From the NCBI RefSeq assembly GCF_009914755.1, contig NC_060925.1: a DNA stretch of 64,000 nucleotides; one strand, 5' to 3'. Within the stretch, counting starts at the first letter, position 1; each line of letters begins with the position of its first letter. Shown here piece after piece: positions 33,080 to 47,899 of this stretch. Both the position numbers and the translations under genes were made by a program. The stretch is from the human T2T-CHM13v2.0 reference genome, Homo sapiens. Under the pieces are notes generated by a model that searched no databases, had not been told where the DNA came from, and saw nothing but the letters and a program-made list of their open reading frames with translations.

Positions 33080-33560
33080 TTAACATCATAAAAATGGGCA
33101 AATGATGTGAATAGGCATTTCTCCAAAGAAGATATACAAATAGCCAAGAAGCACAAATGAAAATATCCTCAGTGTCATTAGATAATAGGGAAACACAAAT
33201 AAAAACCACAAGATGCCCAGTAGGATGGCTATAATAAGAGACAGATAGTAAGTGTTGGTGAGAATAGAGAGAAATTAGAATTATCATATACTGACAGTGG
33301 GAATGGAATAGCAACTCTTTCGGTAAATAGTCTGACAATTCTTCAAAAGGTTAAACATAGAATTATTATATGATCCAGTAATTCCATTCCTAGGTATGTA
33401 CTCAATAGAAATGAAATAGCAAATCCACATGGGAAGTTTTATAAGAATACTCATAGCAGTATTATTCATAATAGCCAAAATGTGAAAGTAACCCAAATGA
33501 TGAATAAATAAGCAAACAAACAAAAAACTCACACTATATTGCAAAGAAAGCAGACCAGAG
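33080..33560 (+). mobile_element. Old L1M ORF2-end fragment
   Basis: 'aaaatgggcaaatgatgtgaataggcatttctccaaagaagatatacaaatagcc'. Confidence 0.75.
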
Positions 33561-35981
33561 GAGCCTATTGTTTTTAAAAATAATTCAAATACAAATATAG
33601 TATTTTTTAAAGGAAGTAATAATTTCTATATCAAGTGTTTCCTTTAATTTGTTCTCCAAATTCAGATATTTTGAATATTGATTATTATGAAAGTACTCTT
33701 AACCTGAAATTTCTAGACATCTAACATGATTTTCAAAATCTTCCCTAAAATTAATCTATTCCACTTTTGAAGCTGTCATTTTCCTTCCCCTTGGTTTATA
33801 TTAAATCTAAATTCTGAACCTATAATTATGTTAATCAAATGTGTTTTTAAAAATCCAATATTTTGAATGTATTTCTAAAAGAAAAATGAAAAGAAAACAT
33901 TTATTTAAAACCACTATATGCCAGACATTGCTAACAATAGGATAATACCATATGTGATTAAAAATAATTTTGCCAATATAATTTCCTGCCAGATCTTTTT
34001 TCTTTTGTATGTTCCACTTCCTTTTCTCTTTTAAAATTAGTTTTTCTGGATAATATAAAGATGAAAATATAGGACAATATGAAAACAGCTCTATATTAAC
34101 ACAATATTTTAAAACTTTCTGCATTTTCTTCATTTTTAAAATAAATAAAAACTACAGGTAAAGTTTGTCCTGCTTGTTCCACTATTTCCGGTCCCTCCTC
34201 TTCCTGGAGGAACCCATGATTTCAAGAATGCTGTAGCCTGTGTTTGTCTAGTTTGTGCATTTATACTTTCCTACTTTCACATGTGTGTATCCATGACCAA
34301 TGAAGAGTAATCCTTTGAAGTACTGAAAATGTTAATGTACCTTTCATATTATTCCAAAAATATCTCTGAACATTGTGTTTTGAGCTCTCTCCAAGTTGAT
34401 GTAGTTAATTTAGTTCACACATTTGGACTGGTCTGTAGTATTCCATTATACAAACATAGCACAATTCATTTATTCCTCTACTGGTGGATGTTTAAGGTGT
34501 TTGAACACTTTTTTATATTTATTACAAAAAGTGCTGCAGGAAGTATGGTTGTATATGTCTCTTTGTTCTCTCATGTATATGATATTTCTCAATATTTAAA
34601 ATTTTTTGAAAAAATATATGTGAATGACTTAATAATGAAATGTTACAGTTAAATATTTGAGTTTGGAAGACCACTTCATGAAAAGGACAGTCCCCTTTTC
34701 CACCCCTCCGTACCCTTAGTCTTGCTCTCCAAATGCCTCTTTAGTTAACTGTCTGACTTTTGGTTTTTCTGGTATGTCACCTTTTTATTTCTAAAAACCA
34801 TATGCTTATGCCACTATGAAATGTAGACGGTATCTATTGATTTCTGGCTACAACGAGGATTTACTCCCACACATTATTCCCTCCTTGTGTTTCTACCCAT
34901 ATTGTCTTGTCACTTTTTTCAATTCCTTAAGTAATCATTTCTCCAACCTCAGAAAAATCTACTTAAACTTCCATTTCTTGTTCTTTTAAACAGAAGACTA
35001 TTTCTTGGAGCTCCCCTGCTATTTTTTTTTTTTAATAAAAACATTAGCACTCTTACGCTTCCCTCCATTTCTCCCTCTACTTTCCAATCTCTAAATCTAA
35101 GTTTATGTTTTTCCTTAAGTCAGGGTTGATATGATGTTCTGTGTTGTAATTTGTCTGTGGTTTATTTTTAAAAATAGAAAAACTAATAAACTGAATTTGC
35201 ATTGTTATGATTATGTAAATATTGTGACTTACTGAACCAAGTATTTAATAATATGTGATTACACTTCTCAGTGGTTCCGATGTCAAAGGGGAATTTTTTA
35301 AAAAATATATTAGATATATTCCACCTGTTGATCAAAATTGTGCCGAATTTTAGTTAGCTTCATTTTTAGTTTTTATCTTTTTTCTTTTCCTTAAGTTTCT
35401 AATTGTCCCTTCCTTCCTCTTCCTCCCTCCATTCTTTCATCCATTCATCCCTCTCTCCCTCCCTCTCTTTCTTTCTTTTCATGCTGTCTTTCATTCTCCT
35501 TCCCCTTCTCTTCCCTCCCCTCCCATTATATAATCTATGCTGTTATGTTACCTATTTTATCCACTACCCCATCTTTACTGGAGGTGTTGTTCTAGTGGAC
35601 TCTCCAGGAACTCCTCTATCCTCCTACTTCAATCAGGACTAGGCTTTCTCTAAAATTACTATAAGCCATCACTCTAAACTTTCCCTTAACTGGTTTCTGG
35701 TTAGTACTGTTTCCTGGATTCCTTTCCTTCATCTTTCTTAACTACACCCTTAAGTAACCTCCTAAGAAGTATGCGATAAGTCTCCATCTCTCCATGCCTG
35801 AACTGCCTTTTATTCTGCCCTCCTCGATTGTTAGTTTGGTGGAGTATCAATTCTTAGAAATAGCCTTTCCAAGAGAACATTGAGATAATTCCTGCCTTAA
35901 CATATAGTATCCAGTGTTGCTTCTGAGCAGTCAGATACTATTGTGATTTTTACTCCTCACTGTTTACTTATAATTTCCTTT

Positions 35982-36226
35982 TTAAACAGATGCTTGAAGG
36001 CAGCATGTTCGTTAAGAGTCATCACCACTCCCTAATCTCAAGTACCCAGGGACACAAACACTGCGGAAGGCCACAGGGTCCTCTGCATAGGAAAACCAGA
36101 GACCTTTGTTCACTTGTTTATCTGCTGACCCTCCCTCCACTATTGTCCTATGACCCTGCCAAATCCCCCTCTGTGAGAAACACCCAAGAATGATCAATAA
36201 AAAAAAAAAAAAAAAAGAAAAAAAAA
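35982..36226 (+). mobile_element. 5'-truncated SVA (SINE-R/HERV-K LTR-derived 3' end) with poly-A
   Basis: 'ttaaacagatgcttgaaggcagcatg...tgtgagaaacacccaagaatgatcaataaa(A)n' is the SVA 3' terminus. Confidence 0.95.
35990..36193 (+). CDS. LEPR: SVA-derived alternative terminal exon (MLEGSMFVKSHHH...VRNTQE*, HuB219.1, 958 aa)
   Basis: aacag| acceptor, phase 0, 67-aa ORF matches the known isoform tail. Confidence 0.93.
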   Translation: MLEGSMFVKSHHHSLISSTQGHKHCGRPQGPLHRKTRDLCSLVYLLTLPPLLSYDPAKSPSVRNTQE

Positions 36227-36487
36227 TTCTCCTCATTTTTGTTGTTTTGAATTTTCAGTGATGAATCTGGAGTGGTTCTTTTTTTATTTAATGTGGTTAT
36301 TTTTTGAAGAGACTTTCAATTCCATGTCTCCTGTCAATTCTAAGAAATTATATTATTTCTTTGATAATTTCCTCTCCTCTTGTTTCTTTGTTTCTCTTTC
36401 TAGAATCTGTATGTTGGATGATGGACCCTCTGCGTAGATCTTCCACATCTCTTACCTTTTATCTCATATTTTCGGTTTCTTTGTTTT

Positions 36488-36509
36488 GTGTGTGTGTGTG
36501 TGTGTGTGT
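36488..36509. repeat. (TG)n microsatellite
   Basis: Direct reading. Confidence 0.9.
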
Positions 36510-38940
36510 TATATTCTGAGACCTTGCCATACCCTCTTCTTCCAGTGCTTCTGTTGGATTTTTATATACTATTATTTTTGTAAATTTCCAAGTATTCTTT
36601 CTCAGAGTATTCTGTTCTGGTTTTATGCATATTTTCTTAAATGTTGCTAGAAATACCAATTCGAGGATTTTTGTTCTTTTATTTTAAAAATTCTTTTTTC
36701 TTCTATTCCCTGAATTCTGTGTTCCTTCTAGGTCGTGTGTTCCTGTTGTTTATCTTGGCCTCTCTTTTATTATCTCAGACTTTCCTCCTAATATCTGGTA
36801 ATCCTTTGTTTTCCTTTCATGTTTAGGAATGAAACAGTAGACAGGCTGACTGGGAGCCCAGTGTATATAGGCAGGGATTGTTGCCCTGGGTGAGTAGGCA
36901 GGGTTCTGGCCAGATGAGGAAAGATGTGCTCTCAGCTAGCAATATTCCATGGCTGCTGTCTTCCTCCCCAGACAGTTCCTTAGTTGCTTTTGAGAACAAA
37001 CCCTCAGTCTGGTTGTGAAGGGTAGTTCTTACACGGAGGTTCTTCCATGTTCAGCAGAGGAGTAGAAGAGCCCTATTCCATATACAGAACTTCCATTAGG
37101 CCCCAGTTTCCAGCCACAGTTCTCTTGTCTTCATGTGTTTTTACGTGCCATTTCTTCACGCACTGTCTCCGCTGTATACGGCAGGGCTAATTTTCTTTCT
37201 CCTGAGCTGCAGCTGGATATATTCTGGTCTTCAGCTTTCTTTGCTCACCTTCTTTGATCTATACTCTTCCAATTGTTTTCTATCTTTTAGCAATGAATGA
37301 AAATTACCCACTCTCATTAGCCCTCTCAGATCATCTTCTTTGTGGTGGGTCTGTATTTGACTCATTTACATACTGCCATTCCAACAGAATCTCTGTAGAG
37401 ACGAGAGAAACCTGTTCAGTCAGCCATCTTGAATCAGAATACCATTTCTGTTTATACCTTAAAAATCAGAATCTTAAACATATATTGAATTTTTGTTGTA
37501 AGAAAATGTGTTATGATAACTCATTAGCCTTGCTTTTCTTCCAATTCAAATTTTAGAGTGTAAAAGAACTATTACCTTTCTTACTTTGTTTTGCACCTTT
37601 TTACCTTAGCATTTCTGCCTAATTTGTTAAATTTCTTCTAAATCCAAATCACCTGGGTTTTTCCCTTAAAGATATTTTAAGCCTCTTTAATTCATTTTCA
37701 ATTTGTTCCACTCCTTTTTATTCTTTATTTTACAATATTTTTCTCATTCTCTGTTTTTTGTTTGTTTTTATCCAGCCATGCTCCTGTGTCTACATTTATG
37801 CCAGCTTTCACAAGAGTTTACTCCATTTAACAACTTCCTTTAGCGGGGCTAAAGCTAGAAACAAATAGATTTTTCCTTGGGATCTAAAAACTATCTTAGA
37901 TTCCCCAGTCAGCCCTAGGCCTCCAAATAAAGCAGCTCAATAACCCGTGGCCTCCCAGAACACCATCCTCACAGATCTGAATCAGAAGCATCCCTAAAGT
38001 TGCTAGATGGCCTTCCAAATGTGTGGAAGAGCTGGTGCATTTTCGAGTTAGAAGTTCTGTTTAGAAGTAGCCATCTCCCCTATGCCCAGAAATGCACATT
38101 ACTGGGCCTAGAAGTGTGTATTTCACTCCCCTAAAAATGTAACCTCAGTTTTGTTTATTTTCTTGTTCCTTATAGCCCTCAGGTTATGAGGAACCAGGAG
38201 AGAGTATAAATTAATCAGCTGAACTTTGTCACAGCGAGTAGTAAAAGGGAAACAAAGAACATGTTCTTCTGCCTATTTGTGTTTGGGACAACCTTTCATC
38301 TTCTGTTGTGTTATAGAAAGATTGTTGGACTAGAAAAAAAGAACTAAGTCAGGGTCCTCCCTCTACTCTAATTAGCCATGTAACCTTTAGCAAATAATCT
38401 TGGCAGCCTCAATTGCTTTGTCAGAAAAAAGGGAGACACTTGGACCATATAATTTCTGAGATCTTATTTCTAGATTTTAAAAACCCATGGTAATGAATGG
38501 TTCTGTGATTCTATTCTTTACCATTTTTAGCACTTCTTTCTCTTTATTTTTTTTAAATTTTTCTTTTCACTGCTCTCCTCTTTTATTTTTTCTTGTTCCA
38601 AACTATCCTATATTGCTGTTGGTTCTCCCTCTTTAAATTTTTCCAGCTCGTTGTTCTTCTCTCCTTTTACCTATTCTGTTATTTCCCTATAGTTTTTCCC
38701 TTCCTGGGGTAATTAAAGCTGTCCTTAGAGTGTGATATTAAAACATTCATTAAGAAAACGGGAGAAGCCACCTTAGTTCAAAATTTTGCCCTTTCCCAAA
38801 AGGATGCATTATTGTAACCTAACACAAAAATTTATAGTCCAGAACCCATGCTTGACAATGTTTTTTGAAATCTTTTATCTTTTTCTTTGTGAGTGATTTT
38901 TTATTTTGCTTTCTTATTTTGTTTTATTTTATCTAAACAG

Positions 38941-38958
38941 AGAACGGACATTCTTTGA
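38941..38958 (+). CDS. LEPR: Terminal exon of short isoform Ob-Ra (RTDIL*, 896 aa), followed by a long AT-rich 3'UTR
   Basis: Long T-rich tract with aaacag| acceptor; AGAACGGACATTCTTTGA. Confidence 0.96.
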   Translation, partial: RTDIL

Positions 38959-41900
38959 AGTCTAATCATGATCACTACAGATGAACCCAATGTGCCAACT
39001 TCCCAACAGTCTATAGAGTATTAGAAGATTTTTACATTTTGAAGAAGGGGAGCAAATCTAAAAAAAATTCAGTTGAACTTCTGAGAGTTAACATATGGTG
39101 GATTATGTTGATTTAGAAATTAAAATAGATGTGTAAATTTGGGTTCAAAATGTAGATTTGAGTCCAGTTTGGATGTGTGATTAATTTTCAAATCATCTAA
39201 AGTTTAAAAGTAGTATTCATGATTTCTGGCTTTTGATTTGTCATATTCCTGGTCATAAAACATTAAGAAAATTATGGCTGTTGCTGTCATTACATATCTA
39301 TTAAATGTCATCAAATATGTAGTAGACAATGCTGTAATTAGGTGAACTCTAAAACTGCAACATCTGACAAATAGCTTTAAAAATACAATGATTATAAGTA
39401 TGGAATCAGTGAAAATATTTAGTTTGTATTTTTATGTCCAAACTTTTCCATTTTAGATTCCTTTATAGACACGTCAGCCTAAAAATCAGCCTATTCGGGT
39501 GTTCTTTTGAATATCTCCTGGCATTTTTGTATCTAACTTTGTTGAATCTGGGAATTTCAGTTTTCAATATCCTTGAAAATGGCTTAAGTGATAACTTCCG
39601 TTTCAGTTAAAAGGAAGCCCGAAGTTGTGTTTGTGCTGCCCACAGGACAGTGGGAGTTACAGTTCATATCAGGATGACCCTACATACCCAGGTCAGATTG
39701 ACGGGACCAGAAGGGAACATCGACTTCTAATCCAGCTTTCTTGTTTAATTATGACCTAAATCTAATTTACTTCCACTGAACCATCCAAGACCTCTGGCAG
39801 GCAGGGAAATGGGCAGTGATGCAAAAAAGGGAGACTCTTTGGAGCTTTTATGAATAGTTCATGGTGAGGACAGAACTTTTCTACTTTCAGACAGACTGCT
39901 TGCTAGTTTTATGAATTCAGCACACGAATTATGCTGTGTTGCTCACATTCAAACCAAACCAACGACTATGTTTAATGAACTCAGTATTCAAATTTATTAT
40001 ATATGCGTATATATGTATATATGGATCCCTTATATTTAGATTTAACTCGTAGTTTTATTTGAAAGTAGAAAAGAACTCTACAAAAACGGGAAGAATGTGT
40101 CTTTCTTCCCTTCTTGACTTCTAATAGGTGTCATTGAAATGTAAAATCTAAGTATGAAATTATGAAAGGACATTCTTTAATTACTGCCCACTCAACACAT
40201 ATTTAATATGTGCCCAGATTATTCTAAAATCTTAAAAAAAGATGCATATAGTGAAATTTTTTAAATGGATATACTTTTAATAAAGTTTTATAACTCACTG
40301 ACAAAACATATTTCAATAGTATATGAGTATGAGATTTCTTATCAATTATGAGTGAAATATTCTATCTGAATGCATTGGAAGGCATTTACAGTATTTGCTT
40401 TCAACAGTTACTGAGTATGACATTTTAGCATGAAATATATCAAACACATCATTTGAAGGACATATGTAATCTTGACTATGGTTATGGTTTTTTTGTATGT
40501 ATTCCTTGTTTTCATATTGATAGCATCTAATTCTTTTGACAATCTTAATATGTAGATTCATTTAAATTTTAAGACAGTTCAGTGCATATATAGTAGAAGC
40601 CTTAAGAAAAAAGAAAATGAGCAAGCAAATATTTGAAGAAATGTATAAAACCATAGATTTCTTTCAGAAAAAAAAAACAGGCATAGGAACAGTTTTCTCT
40701 TCATATATTATGATTATGAATAATAGGAAAGTTGTATTAATTCAGTATTTGTCATTATGCAGTATTTTAATACCTACATAAGTCTATTCCATTATTATAT
40801 TTTGCGCTTGGCATATTTATTCCTTTATGCTTTTAATCACTAACATATTTTACTTAAGAGTATAAAACTATGCTAAATAAATTGTATTGTATATGGAATA
40901 TGCTTGCCATTATGAAGAACAGCTGGGTATACCATTATTTCAAGTAATAAATCTGAATTCTATTAGTTTAAAAATTGTAAAATTCAAGTTAAATGACGTG
41001 TATGATATATAAGCTGAACACATTTTCTATAGCCCTTAATTTAGTTGTGTTAATTTTTCAAGGTGATGTATCAACAGCTTTTTTTATTTTGCATTTGTTT
41101 TTTCAATGTGTTTACATTGTATGAATTGAGCTTTTTGCCCACAGATTCTTGATTTGTAGTTGTTTGGCAGGATTTTTCTTTGTGATATAATCACTTCTAT
41201 AAAAAATATGATGTACATTTGTCTTGTGTATTTGTCTTCATTTCACATGTCCATAGTAAATATTTTTACGTGAAGTTATTTATAAGGAATAGTAATTTAC
41301 CAGTTTGTGATCATCTCTTTCATCATCATTGTTCTCTACATATGATATTATTAGCTCTTATTTTCAGATAGTCTCAAGCATATTCTCAGTATACAGCAGA
41401 TAAGTTTTTAATAGTCAACACAATTATTTTACTTTCATACCATATCTTATTTCACAACATAGTTATTTTAACTGTTTTTAGACAAGTTATTTTGGTCATT
41501 TCATTTCAATCCACTTTTTTCTATTTTGGGCTAACATTTTTAGTTTATGGGAATGTAATTTGCTACAAAATATTAGGAAGGAAATATCTTCAGAAGATAG
41601 CATTTTCCAATGACAGTAACCAATCTTTCCTGAGAGCTAAGCACTTGCAGACACTAATTTATTTCTAGCCACAATACCATGAAGCACATTTTTAGAGATG
41701 ATGAAATTGAAAGGCAGAGAGGTTAGTGTACTTGTTCATGGTTGTAGAATTGGAAGAACTCAAGTCTAAGTCTGTCTTGTCCCACTTTCAAATGCTATCA
41801 TCTTAAACGGGCTCTTCCTTATGCTTTTTGATATATGTATTTTAGTCAAAAACTAGTTAATTTGTGGTTGACTTATGTTCTTTATTATTAACTTAACACA

Positions 41901-41979
41901 CTTCCATTTCTGCCAGTATGACATAATGAAGCAAAATTTTTTAACATAATTGAGCCTTAAAATGTGTCTTTTCTTTTAG

Positions 41980-42804
<825 letters not shown>

Positions 42805-43153
42805 TTTCACTGAAGAAACCTTCAGATTTGTGTTATAATGGGTAATATAAAGTGTAATAGATTACTTTATAGTTGTGGGTGGGAGAGAGAAAAGAAACCA
42901 GAGTCAAATTTGAAAATAATTGTTCCAAATGAATGTTGTCTGTTTGTTCTCTCTTAGTAACATAGACAAAAAATTTGAGAAAGCCTTCATAAGCCTACCA
43001 ATGTAGACACGCTCTTCTATTTTATTCCCAAGCTCTAGTGGGAAGGTCCCTTGTTTCCAGCTAGAAATAAGCCCAACAGACACCATCTTTTGTGAGATGT
43101 AATTGTTTTTTCAGAGGGCGTGTTGTTTTACCTCAAGTTTTTGTTTTGTACCA

Positions 43154-43170
43154 ACACACACACACACACA
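43154..43170. repeat. (CA)n in the Ob-Rb 3'UTR
   Basis: Direct reading. Confidence 0.9.
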
Positions 43171-43859
43171 TTCTTAACACATGTCCTTGTGTGTTTTGAG
43201 AGTATATTATGTATTTATATTTTGTGCTATCAGACTGTAGGATTTGAAGTAGGACTTTCCTAAATGTTTAAGATAAACAGAATTCAGCCCTGGCCTAAGG
43301 GGTTATACTTGTGAAGACTAATGAGCCAATTGTTATGTACCAAATCTAAGATATGTACCATAGAATGAAATAACCTGCAAGAATGGTGATGCCCACAATC
43401 AGTATTTTGATGACAACACAAGCACTTTTGAAAACATAATGTCAGTTTTAATTCTTCTCTCTGAAAGATGTTGAAGTGGTCACTTTCTGATAAAGTTAGA
43501 TTGCCAAATGTCACTGTATATCTCTCCGGAATAATTGTCTTCCCCCATCCCCACCTGGACATATCCTATTTTTTCCCCTCACTGAGCATTCTGTCTACAT
43601 AAACCAACCACTGTGCAGTACTTTACATACCTTAACCCAGTTAATTATTGAAATAATTGTATGAGACATCTGTTACTATGATACTCCTTAAAGATGAAGA
43701 CAGTAAATAATTTGCCCACAGTTACAGTCAGTGGGTGATGGAATCAGAGTTCAGATTTAAATCCAGATTTTTTAATGCTAATGATTATGTTTTTAACCTA
43801 TACCCTACATAGCCATCAATTTAAAAAAACTGACTTGTAATCAAAATTTATTAAGTAGA

Positions 43860-44020
43860 GGCTGGCACAGTGGTGCATGCCTGTAATCCCAGCACTTTGG
43901 GAGGCTGAGGCGGGTGGATCGCTTGAGCTCAGAAGTCTTGAAACTAGCCGGGGCAACATAGTGAGGCCTCGTCTCTACAAAAAACACAAAAATTAGCTGA
44001 GTGTGACAGAAAAAATAAAG
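43860..44020 (+). mobile_element. Alu left monomer (FLAM/AluJ-like)
   Basis: ggctggcacagtggtgcatgcctgtaatcccagc...; TSD-like aaaat(t/g)tattaagtaga on both sides. Confidence 0.88.
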
Positions 44021-46449
44021 ATTATAAAATGTATTAAGTAGAAGTATAATGCTGGATGAGAAATTAAGTGAGAATTGCACAGATCTCATGTTTGCCTTTA
44101 ACAACTTAAGATTAATACATAAGTTTATTATTTATTCAACTTTTGGTACGGTAAAAAAATTCAAAGACAGCATATTGGGCAACAAACTAAATTAAGAAAC
44201 CTGCACATTTGGATGTTCAGTGGCAAGAAGACCTTCAAGAATATCAGTATCATCAAAATAAGTACTTTAGTGTTCAAAAATATGCCTATGGGTTTTTAAA
44301 AATTATCAGAATTTCATATTTAGACCGAGACAAGAGACTCCCAATTTTACTGTTATCCTAAATAAATCTCTACATTCCATCTCTAGTCCAGTTGTGGCTA
44401 TGAAGTGAGCAGTTCTAAACAATGACAAAGATTCCAGACCCCACTTGATAGATATTTTTCACACTTTATAATCAATTTCCACTCAGGAATCAATAAAGTT
44501 ATTCCATGTCATAAGTATTTTTAAGATGTCTCAGGATCTCACATACTCAACTAATGACCCCCTTACAAGAAATAGGTAAAGGGCTGATAGCAACTCATTA
44601 CTTGATGTGGTACGAGAGCCTTAGTTCTATGCAAAGATAAATGGAGAAGCGTTTTTTTCATGGATAATTTTACATGGCTTTAGAGACACAGAAACAGATA
44701 AATTATTACATGTATAAAAATTTTAGTAAAATTGACATTTTAAATACATGCTTATAGATTATTGGTATTTAATTGAAGGTACAGTACAGAAGAGATAGAA
44801 AAATAAATTTTGCCCCACTCTGAAATTGAAGACTGACCTCTGAGCATGTCCGCTGAGACACAGTATTCTCCTGTGATCTGGGACCCAGAATAACAGGAAA
44901 GAGAAACTGATAGATGTTTTCATCAGCCCAAGGATGTATGTATCTTACTTGAGTGAATTCAACAGTCCCAGGACCACTGTAGTGCTGTAGGTCTGTGTAA
45001 AGAAATGTAGTGACAGCACATTAACCTGAGATCATTGATACCATCTTGGTTCAGCCTCAGTTCCCCAGATAAGTGAACAAATGAACAAAAATGCACTTCA
45101 GAAATATTGAAATTCCAAGGCACTATTTCATGGACAGTGCTGAACAAGTATAGTTTGGCCTATTGGTATGTATAGACTTAGATCATATTTATTGTCAATG
45201 GGCTTGAATTCTGATTTCCACTTTTGAAAGTTTATTTCACTATGTATCATTACATTTTATTGGGACCTTGTGAAAACTACCTGCCATGAAATACTGGATT
45301 TTCACATAATTTAGAAAAAATTTAGAATGTTTTATGCCTCAGAATGGTCAGGAACTTCCCATTTCTTCCCACAGCTTCTATAAAAAAAATTTAAAAGGAA
45401 GGAGGAGCTGAAATAGGGGCTATGGTCTTTTAAACTTATAAATCTGGAATTTTTAATATTTCATTTTAAGGCCTTAAACCGAAACACAAGCTACTAATCA
45501 GTCTTTCTAAATCTGACCTTCATTGAAAGCAACTCAGAAATTAATAATTTGTGCTGTGGCTTCAAGTTTAAATAGATTGTTTGAAGAGAAATCATATGTC
45601 AGGGTTTGCAGGATTACAGGGTTTCTAACTTAAACCCCCAAGAACAATGAAAAAGTTGACGTACATGTCACTATGAATAGGCACCTTCTGTTGGATCTCT
45701 GTGTCCATTTAGAGATGAGCTACAAGTTGACAAGAAAAATAGGAGCAGTTTTTTTTTTCTTTTTAAACCTAGTCACCAAATGGTAAAAGGACTTGGGTGA
45801 AATTCCAATATCAGTGTGAGATTCTGGATTTAGAATAAGGTTTTATAACCTTAGGCATGCCATTCTTCTACTTCTCATTTTTCCCTAATAAAACTTATTC
45901 TCTCTTCCATAATGTCATATATATGGTCACATTACTTCAGGAATATTTATATTACCTCCTCCAAAACTGAAAGAAAATAAACTTTAGGCTGTAAGAATTG
46001 AGAATTATGCATACAGGGCTCACAGGCGGAGTTGGACAATATGCTGATGGATTAAGACATACTGCAACCACAAAGTTCCATCTCACTTAGATGTGGATGA
46101 AAAAAGATCTCTTGCTAAATTATTTTCTGTGACCTTAAAAGAAATTTGTTGCACTTTTCATCTTTCAAGGGTCATCTTGATAGTTACCTTAACAAACCTT
46201 TCTCAGCTATTTATTATTGAGAAAGCCCATTCTTAAATTTTAAGTCACAAAATTATAGTTGTCCACTCTACTATGACTGAAAGAAGCAGCATTCAAGAAA
46301 AAATTTAAACATAGTTACCAAGAAATGTGAAGAAGTATTTATAAAAGGAAGCTACATAAGTAGGTAATTTTACTCTTTCTTAACCAGTTTAAAACAGTAA
46401 AGCACACCTGCATCTAATCACAATGTTAGGCGAACAACTTAAAACATGA

Positions 46450-46521
46450 TCAGCCTGTATGAGAACTGGGATATTGTTACATATTCAGCCTGTATGAGAA
46501 CTGGGATATTGTTGTTACATG
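46450..46521. repeat. 35-bp tandem duplication
   Basis: tcagcctgtatgagaactgggatattgtt at 46450 and 46485. Confidence 0.9.
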
Positions 46522-46539
46522 TATTTGTATAAACATTAG

Positions 46540-46875
<336 letters not shown>

Positions 46876-47333
46876 TGAGGTTTTATAGTGAATGAATTAT
46901 TTTTCTATAAAGTTTATCAATATTTATTTTGGAAAGCTGCTGAAAATGTCTTTTTCAAAATTAATTATGCTTAAGATGTATGGCATTAAATTCAATTTTA
47001 TGAGGCTTTCTGACATATTTACTAAAAAAACCTGGAACTGAGACTGAATTTGGAAGACATTTAATTTTGTAGTGAGATATCTATATTGTAGATATTGTAC
47101 TTTTAAAACCTGTCATTAAGTGTTTGGCATGTGGTTAATACTTTCTCTTTAGTCACAACTGGTATTTTAATAAATGTTATAAACGTAAGTGCCAAGATAT
47201 GCATCACTAACTGTTCTATGAAATTTGTCTACTTCTCCTTTATGTTCCCAAAGTCACAGAGAAAGCAGTGTACTTTATGACAGTATATTTATCTTTTTAT
47301 CATTATGAATTATAAGCAGTGTTAATTTTGAGA

Positions 47334-47339
47334 AATAAA
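47334..47339 (+). terminator. LEPR: Candidate distal poly(A) signal for an extended Ob-Rb 3'UTR
   Basis: AATAAA about 4.5 kb past the stop codon, consistent with the recalled long 3'UTR annotation. Other AATAAA hexamers also occur. Confidence 0.45.
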
Positions 47340-47899
47340 AGTCCAAAAAGAATTATTATGAGTTTAAGTTACTTTAGGATTATATCTGTTGTATGGTAAA
47401 TAAAATAATGATATTATTTCAGCTAACATTTGAAAATATAAAGAAGTAATCCTTGTGGTTTATACAAACAGTTAATACAAAATGTTTATCCATTGTTAGC
47501 CTGTCGTTGTGTCTTCAAAATTCCGAAAGACATATGCTTAGCATTTGTAAGGGGTTTGAAAACATTTTAGTTCCCAGGACCTCCCTTTACTGTTACTCTC
47601 TTTGGTAATGTCTCAATAGATCATCCCACACCAGATTCTTGCTGGCATTATAGCCACTTGTGATGAAAGATTACTCATTTTAATCATCAAGAAAGATACT
47701 CGTTTCAATCTTTAAGAGCTCTTTAGTTTGAGTCTTTAGGTCTTGTAGTTTGAGTCTTTAGTTCTCTAAGAAATCTTGATTTATAGTGATTTATGAACAT
47801 ATGTTTTATCACTTAGGCTTTCTAGCAATTTGTGTTTTGTCACTACTTGAGCTTGTATTCAGACATATATCTCTTTTTCTTGCTTTTTAATCTTAAAGT

